Assembly (NCBI GenBank): GCA_964559765.1
Contig: CAZLHU010000001.1
Span: 75,600-139,599, forward strand
DNA length: 64,000 bases
Source of the DNA: an uncultured Candidatus Saccharibacteria bacterium
GTDB lineage: Bacteria; Patescibacteriota; Minisyncoccia; UBA6257; Colwellbacteraceae
Direction of reading: 5' to 3'
This document shows, piece after piece, positions 55,255 through 64,000 of the stretch; within the stretch, counting starts at the first letter, position 1, and each line of letters starts with the position of its first letter. The translations under genes and the position numbers were made by a program. Below the pieces are notes generated by a model. The model had not been told where the DNA came from. It made no database searches and worked only from the letters and a program-made list of their open reading frames with translations.

Positions 55255-55968
55255 TTATTTGAAGAATTGTTCCTTAGACCGACGGCGAGTCTTAATGGGT
55301 TTGTCGCTCTCTATTAATCCGTCTTTAAGGGTTATTATCCTGTCGGCGAACTCTGCGGTGTACGTCTCATGAGTAACGAGTATTATTGTGTGTCCCTGAG
55401 AGTTAAGGTCGTCCAATATCTGCATGATCTGCGCGCCCGAAACGGAATCTAGATTCCCCGTCGGCTCGTCCGCAAAAATCACATTGGGTTTATTGACTAA
55501 GGCCCGCGCTATGGCGACCCTTTGTTTCTGCCCTCCAGAAAGCCTACCGGCTTCGACATATAACTTCTCCTCAAGCCCCACGGATTTTACAGCGTCTTCA
55601 ACCAGCTTCTTTCTTCTGGCTGGATCTATTTCTGCCGCATAGATTAACGGCATCTCGACATTCTCGTAGACCAATAGGCGGGACATTAAATTGAATGATT
55701 GGAACACGAAGCCCATGTCTTTATTTCTGACTCGAGCCAGCTCTTTGTCGGACATGTCGTCGATGCTTTTGCCTAGAAATGTATACACCCCTCCCGTCGG
55801 CCGGTCTAAGAAACTTAGGATTTGCAATAAAGTCGACTTACCCGAACCAGAGGGCCCGACAATAGATACAAAATCCCCCTTCTCAATATCAAATGAAACG
55901 CCTCTGAGCGCGGGGGTCACTGTCTCTTCGTCCAGATAATCTTTCTTTAGGCCCTTTACGGAGATCAT
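55255..55968 (-). CDS. MacB/LolD-type ABC transporter ATP-binding protein
   Basis: [23 protein letters not shown] and DEPTGNLD motifs. Confidence 0.96.
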   Translation of the reverse strand: MISVKGLKKDYLDEETVTPALRGVSFDIEKGDFVSIVGPSGSGKSTLLQILSFLDRPTGGVYTFLGKSIDDMSDKELARVRNKDMGFVFQSFNLMSRLLVYENVEMPLIYAAEIDPARRKKLVEDAVKSVGLEEKLYVEAGRLSGGQKQRVAIARALVNKPNVIFADEPTGNLDSVSGAQIMQILDDLNSQGHTIILVTHETYTAEFADRIITLKDGLIESDKPIKTRRRSKEQFFK

Positions 55969-57533
55969 TGTTTGAGGCCGATGTTAAGAACTTGTTCGCC
56001 TTCGGTTACGCCCGAGGTTATCTCTATGTTGCCGTTCTGATCTTGTATACCAAGGGTCACTGGCACCTGTGCTACGCTGTTGTTTTTGAGCACTTCTACG
56101 AAACTGCCTGTGCTATTTTGGATGACCGCATATTGAGGGAGTATCAGCACGTTATTGTCAGTCTGGGTAATAATATTCAGATTCACAGTGAGGCCACTTT
56201 TTATGCGAGGGTCTGATTTATCAAAAGACACCTTGACCAAGTAATTTACAACTCCTCCGACGATGGTTTGCGCCGGGTCAATATAGAAGACTTTTCCGGT
56301 GAATTGTTCGCCAGAGAAAGCATCGAGGGTCATATCGACTGAATCTCCGACGTTGACCTTGCCGATATCAACCTCCGGGACATCTGAATCCACCTCGAGA
56401 TTATTATCTGAGATAATGGAGAAGAGCACACTTCCTGGTGAAGCTATCTCACCTACTTTTGCATTCTGCACCGTTATTACTCCAGAGATGGGGGCGACCA
56501 ATGAGGCTTCGGAGATGCTGACCTGTATATTTTGCACACTAGCCTCAGCCTGTTCGACTTGGGCCTCTTGGGCTTGAATGGCCTGCTGCGTCGAACCAGC
56601 CAATTTTAAGTTTAGTGACGCTACCTGCTGCTGTAAGACGGTTTTATTGGAGGCTATTTCTTGGGTTAGAGCATTAACGCTGGTTATTGCTGTATTTACC
56701 TCAGTTGTGGCGGCTGCGGCATCGGCCTGGTATGCGGCGGTATTCGACGATAGACCACGAGAGTCGTTTGCGGCGGTCATCACCTCTATTAAGAAAGATT
56801 GGATCACGCTCAAATGAGAGCTGGTGTCGGATAAAGCTGCTTCCAACGTGCTTGTAGAGGAATTACCGCTCATAGACTGAAGCTCGGTTTGCCATTTATT
56901 CAACTCAACGTTGGATTGGATTAGGCCGGAGTCTACGGTGTTTGAAATATTCTGATCGCTAACCTGGAAAGTCAGCGTAGGGTTGGAACCCTGGTTTAAG
57001 TTAGTTGAGCTAAATAAAGGAGCAAGTTGATTGTGTACCGCATCATTCGCTTCAGAATAAGCTTGGGTAATAATGTTCAGCACACTTGCATAATCATTTG
57101 TAAGATTCTGTTGAGCTGTCGTAACCGCAGCCTGCGATACCTGAACATCCTGTTCCGTTGCCCCAGCCTGTAGCGAGGCTAGGTTGGCTTTTTGTGTGTC
57201 TACATTGGCTTGAGCTTGGGCTAGTTGAGCTTGGAGACCACTGGTATTGAGCGTGACGACGACCGCTCCAGCATTCACATTTGCTCCTTGAGGATAATTA
57301 ACTGCGTTAATTGTTCCCCCATTCTGAAAAGCCATATCAACACTTTTTATAGGGGTGGTATTCCCGGTTACGGTCACTTCTTGGGTGATAGATCCTTTAT
57401 TTACGGTTATAAATTGGTATGTGCTATTAGCGCTTCTAGAATTTATAAAATAGACTACGCCCACCAGGACTATTAAGATGACAATGCTGTATATGATTGG
57501 TCTTTTTTTGAACAGGGTCACTGCTTTTTTCAT
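55965..57533 (-). CDS. Membrane-fusion (MacA/HlyD-family) adaptor with an extended coiled coil
   Basis: N-terminal TM; lipoyl halves G.I..V and APISGV; V.E.DI..V..G; long Gln/Ala-rich hairpin. Confidence 0.9.
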   Translation of the reverse strand: MKKAVTLFKKRPIIYSIVILIVLVGVVYFINSRSANSTYQFITVNKGSITQEVTVTGNTTPIKSVDMAFQNGGTINAVNYPQGANVNAGAVVVTLNTSGLQAQLAQAQANVDTQKANLASLQAGATEQDVQVSQAAVTTAQQNLTNDYASVLNIITQAYSEANDAVHNQLAPLFSSTNLNQGSNPTLTFQVSDQNISNTVDSGLIQSNVELNKWQTELQSMSGNSSTSTLEAALSDTSSHLSVIQSFLIEVMTAANDSRGLSSNTAAYQADAAAATTEVNTAITSVNALTQEIASNKTVLQQQVASLNLKLAGSTQQAIQAQEAQVEQAEASVQNIQVSISEASLVAPISGVITVQNAKVGEIASPGSVLFSIISDNNLEVDSDVPEVDIGKVNVGDSVDMTLDAFSGEQFTGKVFYIDPAQTIVGGVVNYLVKVSFDKSDPRIKSGLTVNLNIITQTDNNVLILPQYAVIQNSTGSFVEVLKNNSVAQVPVTLGIQDQNGNIEITSGVTEGEQVLNIGLKQ

Positions 57534-58012
57534 TATCGTCTTTTTGTTTTATTTATATTCTCCATTTGAGTTGAATCGCATTCTTTTATTATAGATATGA
57601 AGCGCCTTGATAGGCTACTGAATACGCGTCTGTCTTTATCGGATACGTCTTTAAATATTTTCTCGAAAATTTCGTTCATCAGAAGAGATGCTCGCTCTAT
57701 CTCTGATCGGCCTCTTTTGGTAAGTTTTAGGCTGTATTTTCTGCGGTTATCCGGATCTTGGGACTTGGATATAAACCTCTTGTTGTTCAATATCTCGATC
57801 TGCCTACTAACTGAGGCCTCAGTTACCCCCCAAAACTGGGCTATAGCATGTTGCGATAAGTTGGGATTGTGCTGAACCGCCATCAGAACCCTAAACTGGG
57901 CCGTAGTTATACTAAGCTTGGGTTTTAGTGTCCTATCGGCGACCTTTTTAAATACGAGGACCAGGCCGATAATCGGCTGTAGTGTCTCGCGGATCGAGTA
58001 TCTTTTAGCCAT
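57533..58012 (-). CDS. MarR-family transcriptional regulator
   Basis: T.AQF.VL, SQ..IA, SVSR.I..L and D.RR...L.LT..G motifs. Confidence 0.9.
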   Translation of the reverse strand: MAKRYSIRETLQPIIGLVLVFKKVADRTLKPKLSITTAQFRVLMAVQHNPNLSQHAIAQFWGVTEASVSRQIEILNNKRFISKSQDPDNRRKYSLKLTKRGRSEIERASLLMNEIFEKIFKDVSDKDRRVFSSLSRRFISIIKECDSTQMENINKTKRR

Positions 58013-58037
58013 GTTAAGATGAGCTTAACATGTTAAG
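58010..58037. promoter_or_regulatory. Probable MarR operator (overlapping palindromes)
   Basis: CATGTTAAG-atgag-CTTAACATG, overlapping the perfect palindrome CTTAACATGTTAAG, at the marR start codon. Confidence 0.65.
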
Positions 58038-58097
58038 GTTGGCTGGACAATAAGCTTAGGTTGATAAACCCTGCTGATAAGACGGGTTTGTTCTGTG

Positions 58098-58169
58098 TGC
58101 TCCCATGAGGAATCGAACCTCAATCTTCTCCTTCGGAGGGAGATGTCCTATCCATTGAACGACGGGAGC
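58098..58169 (-). tRNA. tRNA-Arg(CCG)
   Basis: Minus strand GCTCCCG...TGGGAGCA, TCTCC-CTCCGAA-GGAGA anticodon arm, GGTTCGATTCC T-arm. Confidence 0.95.
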
Positions 58170-58184
58170 GAATCGCGACTAATC

Positions 58185-59297
58185 TTAGATTAATTTAGCG
58201 ACTTCATAAAGCGCTCCGCCAACTAGAAGTGCGATTACTAAATAGCTCCACATCGGCGCCCTATTTGTTAACTTACGCCACATTAGAGTGACCATTGTGT
58301 GTTCCAAAGCTAGGAATATCCCGCCCATGACGCCCACTAGGACGATAAAATCTCTTAAACCTAAAGAGAATAGTATGAGCGGGGCCAGCACTACGACGAG
58401 CAGGGATATGTCGCGTGAAGTTTTAAAATCATATAAGAATATCCCTTCGATCTCCCGCGACACGGATATGTATGAGGCCCATATCGAGAAAACACCCATA
58501 AAACCCAGCAGCACAAGGAAGGGTTGGGGTAGGTATGCCAAACCAGAGACCGCGTCTGGGCTAATTGTTTTGGAAAGAGACATCACACCAAATACAAACA
58601 GCGCATAGACTATCGCCGGGATCACGGTGCCGACCACAATAGCCTTCTTGACCGTCTTAGCTTCTATGCCCCTATCTGTCGAATATTCCATCAACGAAGA
58701 TATAGCGGATCTCCCTGCCATTGAAAATATCACAGCCCCGTAGGGTAGGAATAACAAACCCAAATTCCAATTTACCAACGGTATAGAACTTATCGGCTGT
58801 ATCGGGTGCAATATACCTATGATAAATATGAAGATCGCTATCGCGATAATCGCACCCACGGCTATAGACTCAAGCAGCGCTATTCTCCCAACCTTGAAAA
58901 GCAGCGGCACGCTGGCCAAGGCCCAGAATATCAGACTCGCCGCAAGCGGCGAGAGTGATGGAAAGACCAGATTGATGAAGCTCGAAGATAGAACTATAAA
59001 AATAGTCAGCGAAAGCAATATGCCTATGGCTGTAGTGAAAATGGCCACAGACCACCCCTTTCTGCCTAGATATATTTTTGCGTAACCCAAGAAACGGTGT
59101 TTGTCTGGGGTCGCTCTTACCACTTCGCTATATAGGTAATGGGTCGTCGCGAGTAGTGCGGTAAACAAGATTAAATAAAATATCCCCACGGCGAAACCTG
59201 CTTTGGAAAAAAGATATGGCAGAGAAAACATTCCCGCCCCGAATATGGTTGCGGAAAGTATCGCTGCCACAGAAAACAGCTCGCTATACTTCTTCAA
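58185..59297 (-). CDS. Amino-acid permease (TyrP/Mtr-like); start probably TTG 59297
   Basis: T.FGAG.FSLPY; about 11 TMs; YA..YLG. Confidence 0.82.
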   Translation of the reverse strand: MKKYSELFSVAAILSATIFGAGMFSLPYLFSKAGFAVGIFYLILFTALLATTHYLYSEVVRATPDKHRFLGYAKIYLGRKGWSVAIFTTAIGILLSLTIFIVLSSSFINLVFPSLSPLAASLIFWALASVPLLFKVGRIALLESIAVGAIIAIAIFIFIIGILHPIQPISSIPLVNWNLGLLFLPYGAVIFSMAGRSAISSLMEYSTDRGIEAKTVKKAIVVGTVIPAIVYALFVFGVMSLSKTISPDAVSGLAYLPQPFLVLLGFMGVFSIWASYISVSREIEGIFLYDFKTSRDISLLVVVLAPLILFSLGLRDFIVLVGVMGGIFLALEHTMVTLMWRKLTNRAPMWSYLVIALLVGGALYEVAKLI

Positions 59298-59670
59298 ATA
59301 CCTTATCACCTTCCCGTACCCGATCTTTAACTTTGATTCCGACTTCTTTTCCCTTCTTAGATTTGGTGATTGGCTTATGGTTGTACTGCATCTCAGATAT
59401 CTTTTGAGCAAAGTCTGTCGTTGCCCCCCTAAACCTGACCACTTTATTCAAATTTACTTCCTTAGAAAACTTAACTATCGCAACGCTGATCTCACTGAAG
59501 AAATGGGTTACTGATCCGATAGGTTTCTTAGCTTTCACTGCCTTTGGTTTGGCTTTCTTAGCCTTAACCTTGGGCTTAGACTTTAGTTTGGTCCTAACAA
59601 CTACGCGGGCTCTTTTAGTTTTGGCCTTGGATTTGTTTTTAACAACTTTTTTCTTTTTAGCTTTTGCCAT
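59284..59670 (-). CDS. Lys-rich N-tail plus 'translation elongation factor-like' beta-barrel protein
   Basis: IG.VTHFF..ISVA.V, G.TTDF.Q.I..MQ and VG.KV..RVR.GD.VF motifs. Confidence 0.75.
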   Translation of the reverse strand: MAKAKKKKVVKNKSKAKTKRARVVVRTKLKSKPKVKAKKAKPKAVKAKKPIGSVTHFFSEISVAIVKFSKEVNLNKVVRFRGATTDFAQKISEMQYNHKPITKSKKGKEVGIKVKDRVREGDKVFEEV

Positions 59671-59685
59671 CTTTGATTTTTATAT

Positions 59686-60288
59686 TTAAAGAGGTTTTTT
59701 ATTAGATTCGGCCCTTGTTCTATCAATGGCTATGAGCGCCACAAGCTTACTGATTAGCTCCTTTGGATCTTTTGAATAAACTATCTTGCCCTCCATTTCC
59801 TCGGCCCGATGGGATTTATCTATTATTGTCTTGAAGACCACATCAGTATCCCAATCCCCCTGCAATATACCTATCGGCTTTCTGTCCTCGAAAGCAATAG
59901 TGAATTCATTTATGGTCCCGATCCTTCCGCAGCCGACAACAACCGCGTCGGCCGACCTAGTAAGCAGTAGATTGCGCCCCGAATACCCCTCGCCGGTATA
60001 TGTTATAAAGTCTTGGTAATCTACTGGAAGTTTATATACGTTAATATGTTCCCATTCGGAATATGCCGGCGATATGCCCAAGACCGTCCCCCCTTCGCTC
60101 TTTGCGCCCTTAGAGGCCCAGTAAGGGAATCCTGTTGTGGCACCATTAACTAAGACGACGCCGTGCCGGGCAATTTCTTTGCCTAATTCCTCTGCTTGTT
60201 CGAAGGCGTTTTGTCCACAATGACTGGTCTCGGCAGCTCCGGAAACGCAGATCTTATACTTAGTCGAGTATCCGTCTTTATCGCTCAT
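59686..60288 (-). CDS. LOG/SLOG-family nucleotide-binding protein
   Basis: A..LG..IA, GA..EGG..LGISP, RN and GT.NE motifs. Confidence 0.85.
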   Translation of the reverse strand: MSDKDGYSTKYKICVSGAAETSHCGQNAFEQAEELGKEIARHGVVLVNGATTGFPYWASKGAKSEGGTVLGISPAYSEWEHINVYKLPVDYQDFITYTGEGYSGRNLLLTRSADAVVVGCGRIGTINEFTIAFEDRKPIGILQGDWDTDVVFKTIIDKSHRAEEMEGKIVYSKDPKELISKLVALIAIDRTRAESNKKPL

Positions 60289-60300
60289 GTTGCGTATCGA

Positions 60301-61653
60301 TTATAACACAACCTCATCTCCTAAGTGCGGAACGAAGGTCTCTAAAGCCAGGTCGTTTGTAACTTTTGCCGCAAGGTTCTGAGATGTACTCTCTTCGCCG
60401 TGAACTAGGAAAACTTTTTTTAAAGTCCCGCGGGCTGGGGTAAGCCATTGCAATAACCGAGGCTGATCGGCATGGGCCGAATAGCCGCTTATCGACACAA
60501 CGCGCGCAAGCACCTGGATTGTCTTACCCATTATCTGGACTTCTTTAGCCCCATCCTGGATCTGACTGCCTAAAGTTCCATGGACCTGGTAACCGACTAT
60601 TAGGATGGTGCTCTTGGGGTCTGGGAGATAATAAGATTCGTGATAGGTTATCCTTCCGCCATTCGACATGCCGGAACCGGCGATTATCATCTTCGGCACC
60701 GGGGCGTCTTCTATTGATTTTGACTCTTCTTTGGTTAGGGTGAGGTGCGTCCCGGGGAAATTAAGCAGCTCGCGCCTTCCCTGCCACATGAACTTCTTGG
60801 CGTCGGCGTTCATAAAGTTTTCGTATCGTTCATAGATTCTCGTAAGCCGGATAGCTAGTGGGCTATCTATAAATATGGGTATGCGCGGAACCTTTCTGTC
60901 TTCGACCAAAGAGTTTATCTCGTACAACAGTTCTTGCAGACGCTCCATTGCAAAGACTGGTATCATTAACACCCCTCCCATTTTCACGGATTTTTGAATT
61001 ACGTCTTCCAGAATGTCGCGACGCTTGCTGAAATCTTCGTGCGCCCTATCCCCATAACACGACTCCATTATGGCGTAGTCGGCATTGTCCGGTATAAGCT
61101 CTCCCTCCGGTATGAGCGGCGGGTCGCTGTTGCCAAGATCGCCGGAGACAACTAATTTCTTGCCTTCGGCCACTATTATCACGCTGGCCGATCCCATTAT
61201 ATGGCCTGCATTTATCAGGCTGACTTGGAAAGCTCCTTCAGTTACGGTCTCTTTATAATTGATTACCCGCCATAATCTCATAACCGACTCCACATCCGCG
61301 GCGTTATAGATCGGCGCCTGGCCCTGATGCTCCGCTTCCCTGGCCAATATATCTTCAGAATCCAACAACAACTCCCTCGCAAAATCTCGTGTCGGAGCGG
61401 TCGAATATATGGGACCGGCATATCCGGCCTTGACTAATTTCGGCAATAAACCGATGTGGTCTATATGGGTATGGGTTATGAAAACGGCCTTTATCGTCTT
61501 GACGTCATACGGCAACTTTTCGAAATTGCGCTGATCGACATATCTTTCACCCTGAAAAAGTCCGCAGTCGACCAAAATATTGTCCGACCCCGACTCGATA
61601 AGATAACTCGAGCCAGTGACCATCCCCGCTGCTCCTATAAATTTAACTTTCAT
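60301..61653 (-). CDS. Metallo-beta-lactamase beta-CASP nuclease
   Basis: VTGS, DCG.FQG, THTHIDH, AGHI.GS, SGDLG and SAHADQ motifs. Confidence 0.92.
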   Translation of the reverse strand: MKVKFIGAAGMVTGSSYLIESGSDNILVDCGLFQGERYVDQRNFEKLPYDVKTIKAVFITHTHIDHIGLLPKLVKAGYAGPIYSTAPTRDFARELLLDSEDILAREAEHQGQAPIYNAADVESVMRLWRVINYKETVTEGAFQVSLINAGHIMGSASVIIVAEGKKLVVSGDLGNSDPPLIPEGELIPDNADYAIMESCYGDRAHEDFSKRRDILEDVIQKSVKMGGVLMIPVFAMERLQELLYEINSLVEDRKVPRIPIFIDSPLAIRLTRIYERYENFMNADAKKFMWQGRRELLNFPGTHLTLTKEESKSIEDAPVPKMIIAGSGMSNGGRITYHESYYLPDPKSTILIVGYQVHGTLGSQIQDGAKEVQIMGKTIQVLARVVSISGYSAHADQPRLLQWLTPARGTLKKVFLVHGEESTSQNLAAKVTNDLALETFVPHLGDEVVL

Positions 61654-62857
61654 TGTTTTTTTTCATTTCGGCTAAAACCTCTTCGCTCACCTTTCGATCG
61701 GACCACGGAACCCTCTTTCCCTTGGCGACCCTGATGTATGTCTCGCTTCCCTTGCCAGTCATGATAACAACATCGCCCTTCTTGGCGCCAGCTATGGCCG
61801 TCCTTATAGCCTCTCGCCGGTCGAGAATCTTCAGGCTTTTATCTTTTTTAGCGGGTGATATTCCCTGTTCAATTTCGTTGATTATCTCCATCGGGTCTTC
61901 GTCGAACGGGTCTTCGTTGGTCAGGATTATCCGCGAGCAATATTCGGAGGCTATCTTCCCAAATTCGGGGCGTTTCCATTTGTCCCGCCCTCCGCCGGCA
62001 GAGCCCAACACGCATATTAAATTGTGCGGCTTGAGCTCCTTCTTCAATGTGCCATATATGGTGCGCAGCGATTCCGGGGTGTGGGCATAGTCGACGACCA
62101 CCGCAAAGGGCTCCTGTTTGACGAATTCCACCCTGCCGGGCACGCCCGGGAACGTCTTGAACGTGCGGCGTCGGACCAATTCGGTGACGCCCACTGTCTT
62201 AAGTATCGCTTCGGCTATGGCCACATTCTCGCGGTTGAAGTCTCCAATCAGAGCGGGTGATAGTTCGTAGCCCTCAACGTCTTTCTTAAAGGAGGTGATT
62301 GCTTGATTGTCGGCGACTTCGGCGAAGAATTTCGAGTTTTCATTCTCGCCGTTCACAAAAAACCATTTCGGATGCTTCTTTGAGAACTTATCTACATTCC
62401 TGAAAAAATCCAATTTGGCTTCGCGATACTTTTCAAAGCTTCCGTGTGATTCAATGTGCTCCGGATGCAGATTGGTGAAAGCAGCAACGTCGAAATCTAT
62501 GAAACGGTCGCGGTGCTGTCTCACCCCCTCGGATGTGACTTCTATGAGTGCGAATTGGCAATCGGCCTTGACCGCGCGGCGCATTAGGTCCTGCAAAAAG
62601 AAACGCCCCGGCATGGTATTGCCGGATTGGTTGATCTTCGAATAAGCTCCGATCTTTGTGCGCACGGACGAAGACAGCGCCACCTTATTCCCAGCCGCCT
62701 CCAGTCCCGCCGCCAAAATTTCCAAAACAGTAGACTTGCCCTTAGTCCCGGTTACCCCGATCACGAAAAGTTCCCGCGACGGGTGTCGATATATGACCGC
62801 GCCGATATAGGCCAGAAGGAAGTGATATGTTCCTTTCGCTTTTTTGACCAAATCCAT
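61643..62857 (-). CDS. murE: UDP-MurNAc-tripeptide synthetase (lacks the N-terminal domain)
   Basis: GVTGTKGKST, EV.S, FTNL..EH...H, PGR, VDYAHTP, G.RD..KR and GKG.E motifs. Confidence 0.88.
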   Translation of the reverse strand: MDLVKKAKGTYHFLLAYIGAVIYRHPSRELFVIGVTGTKGKSTVLEILAAGLEAAGNKVALSSSVRTKIGAYSKINQSGNTMPGRFFLQDLMRRAVKADCQFALIEVTSEGVRQHRDRFIDFDVAAFTNLHPEHIESHGSFEKYREAKLDFFRNVDKFSKKHPKWFFVNGENENSKFFAEVADNQAITSFKKDVEGYELSPALIGDFNRENVAIAEAILKTVGVTELVRRRTFKTFPGVPGRVEFVKQEPFAVVVDYAHTPESLRTIYGTLKKELKPHNLICVLGSAGGGRDKWKRPEFGKIASEYCSRIILTNEDPFDEDPMEIINEIEQGISPAKKDKSLKILDRREAIRTAIAGAKKGDVVIMTGKGSETYIRVAKGKRVPWSDRKVSEEVLAEMKKNNES

Positions 62858-62858
62858 C

Positions 62859-63443
62859 TTAACTCTTCATTTTCTTAAGAGCGTCGCGCAACCTCTCGCC
62901 GATATCCTTAAGGTCTGGGTCTATTTTGCCCAAGGCCTGCCGCGCCTGGTTCTGTGAATATCCCAGGCTGCGCAGCGCATCATACACGTCGTCGTCGGCC
63001 TCCATCGCGGCCATGACCTTGCCGCTGCCGCCCTTGCTGATAAGCTTCATCTTATCTTTCAGTTCGAGAATAATACGCTCAGCCGTCTTATGGCCGATGC
63101 CCGGAGCCCTGTCCAATAGCTCTACTTTTCCTTCGGCTATGGCCGAGACTATGTCGTCAACCTGCACGGCTGAAAGCAAGGCTAGGGCCAAGCGCGGACC
63201 TACGCCAGATACGGAAGTCAGAGCCTGGAAACAATCCAATTCGGCAGAATCTATGAATCCGAACAGCTCCAACGCGTCTTCGCGCACATGGAGATATGTG
63301 GAAAGGCTAGCGGGCTGACCGACGGCCGGCAATTTATCCCTGGTCCTCAATGATATGGATATCTTCAGGCCTATCCCGCCCACCTCGATCACCGCGAAAT
63401 TAAGCTCTTTTACCTTTAATGTCCCGGAAACGCTGTAAATCAT
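62859..63443 (-). CDS. ruvA: Holliday junction branch migration protein RuvA (start probably ATG 63443)
   Basis: VREDA..LFGF, SGVGPRLA, PGIG.KTAERI..EL and AL..LGY motifs. Confidence 0.96.
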   Translation of the reverse strand: MIYSVSGTLKVKELNFAVIEVGGIGLKISISLRTRDKLPAVGQPASLSTYLHVREDALELFGFIDSAELDCFQALTSVSGVGPRLALALLSAVQVDDIVSAIAEGKVELLDRAPGIGHKTAERIILELKDKMKLISKGGSGKVMAAMEADDDVYDALRSLGYSQNQARQALGKIDPDLKDIGERLRDALKKMKS

Positions 63444-63514
63444 TATTCTAAGGTATATATTATCCCGAATCCCGCTTTGACGCACTACTTATTTTGCTTT
63501 ATCTTTTTAAGGCA

Positions 63515-63850
63515 ATGCTTACAAAAGAATTCATAGCCGAATCCAAGAAGAAGCTCGTTGATGAGAAGGCCCGTTTAGAGAAGGATCTTATCGACCTCAC
63601 CAAAGAAGATTTTGGGCACGATACAGATCATGGCGAGGAAAAGGCTTCGGAAATAGAGCAGATCGACGACAACGACAGTATGGCCGTTGAGTATTCGACC
63701 AGGCTGATCGACATCGACTCCGCCTTGGAGAAGATAGAAGACGGCAACTATGGCGAATGCGAAAAATGCCACAAGGACATAACCGAGGATGTTTTGAGGG
63801 TGGACCCGGAATCGCGTTTATGCAAAGACTGCAAGTCGCTGTTTAGTTAG
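63515..63850 (+). CDS. DksA/TraR-family C4 zinc-finger protein
   Basis: Coiled coil, AL.KI..G.YG.CEKC and RL...P...LCKDC motifs. Confidence 0.9.
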   Translation: MLTKEFIAESKKKLVDEKARLEKDLIDLTKEDFGHDTDHGEEKASEIEQIDDNDSMAVEYSTRLIDIDSALEKIEDGNYGECEKCHKDITEDVLRVDPESRLCKDCKSLFS

Positions 63851-63866
63851 AACATAGTGGCAAATA

Positions 63867-63890
63867 AAAATATCCCTGCGGGGATATTTT
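63867..63890. terminator. Bidirectional terminator
   Basis: AAAATATCCC-tgcg-GGGATATTTT between convergent genes. Confidence 0.8.
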
Positions 63891-63904
63891 GTTGCGCGCC
63901 CTGA

Positions 63905-64000
63905 TTATTCTGCCAGCGGATTTTTCGCCCCGACCACTTCGAAATATACGTCGCACCCGACCAGGCCATTCGTCGTGCCCGTGTTACCGGCTTTGGCTAT
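63905..64000 (-). CDS. C-terminal end of an M23/LytM-domain protein (partial)
   Basis: My translation ...IAKAGNTGTTNGLVGCDVYFEVVGAKNPLAE* matches the G.TG....G.H.HFEV...NP tail of M23 domains. Confidence 0.6.
   Translation of the reverse strand: MAKAGNTGTTNGLVGCDVYFEVVGAKNPLAE

Noticed and set aside
59298-59411. N-terminal extensions given by the ORF track (also tktC, dsbA, sigma, panD, ruvA, DUF763, dksA)
   Set aside because: They overlap upstream genes or promoter boxes; downstream starts fit the family N-termini better.

Overview
The window is gene-dense bacterial chromosomal DNA. TGA is used as a stop codon (e.g. rpiB), so the genetic code is table 11. Gene content and style point to a reduced-genome Patescibacteria/CPR organism, most likely Parcubacteria; this is an inference from the split transketolase, bifunctional PGI/PMI, the secG plus orphan peptide-binding protein pair, a giant Ser/Thr-rich surface protein and the lack of obvious Shine-Dalgarno sites. 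From left to right it holds: a partial coiled-coil envelope protein and rplY; a gap-rpiB-rpe-tkt-pfkB-fba sugar cluster; a DsbA/glutaredoxin/thioredoxin-reductase redox cluster; a 1098-aa surface protein with a long structured leader; gpmI, secG, PGI/PMI, tRNA-Leu, rnj, trpS, ileS (with an inserted histidine-phosphatase domain), argS, smpB and tmRNA; an ECF sigma/anti-sigma pair divergent from an ApbE flavinylation electron-transfer operon; a divergent CofE-like ligase / variant PanD pair; the F1Fo ATP synthase operon followed by a carbonic-anhydrase-like gene; infC-rpmI-rplT; a NUDIX/PolX/membrane-anchored Clp ATPase operon; a Cys-free family-4 UDG; a Kef antiporter; a MarR-MacAB-type exporter; tRNA-Arg, murE, ruvA and a DksA/TraR-family gene. 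I found no CRISPR array, integrase or transposase. The best candidate for an undescribed system is the PanD homologue lacking the aspartate-binding Arg54, which is divergently paired with a CofE-like amide ligase. The next best is the degenerate membrane-anchored Clp ATPase with its small membrane partner. All assignments come from reading motifs by eye; no database searches were run.
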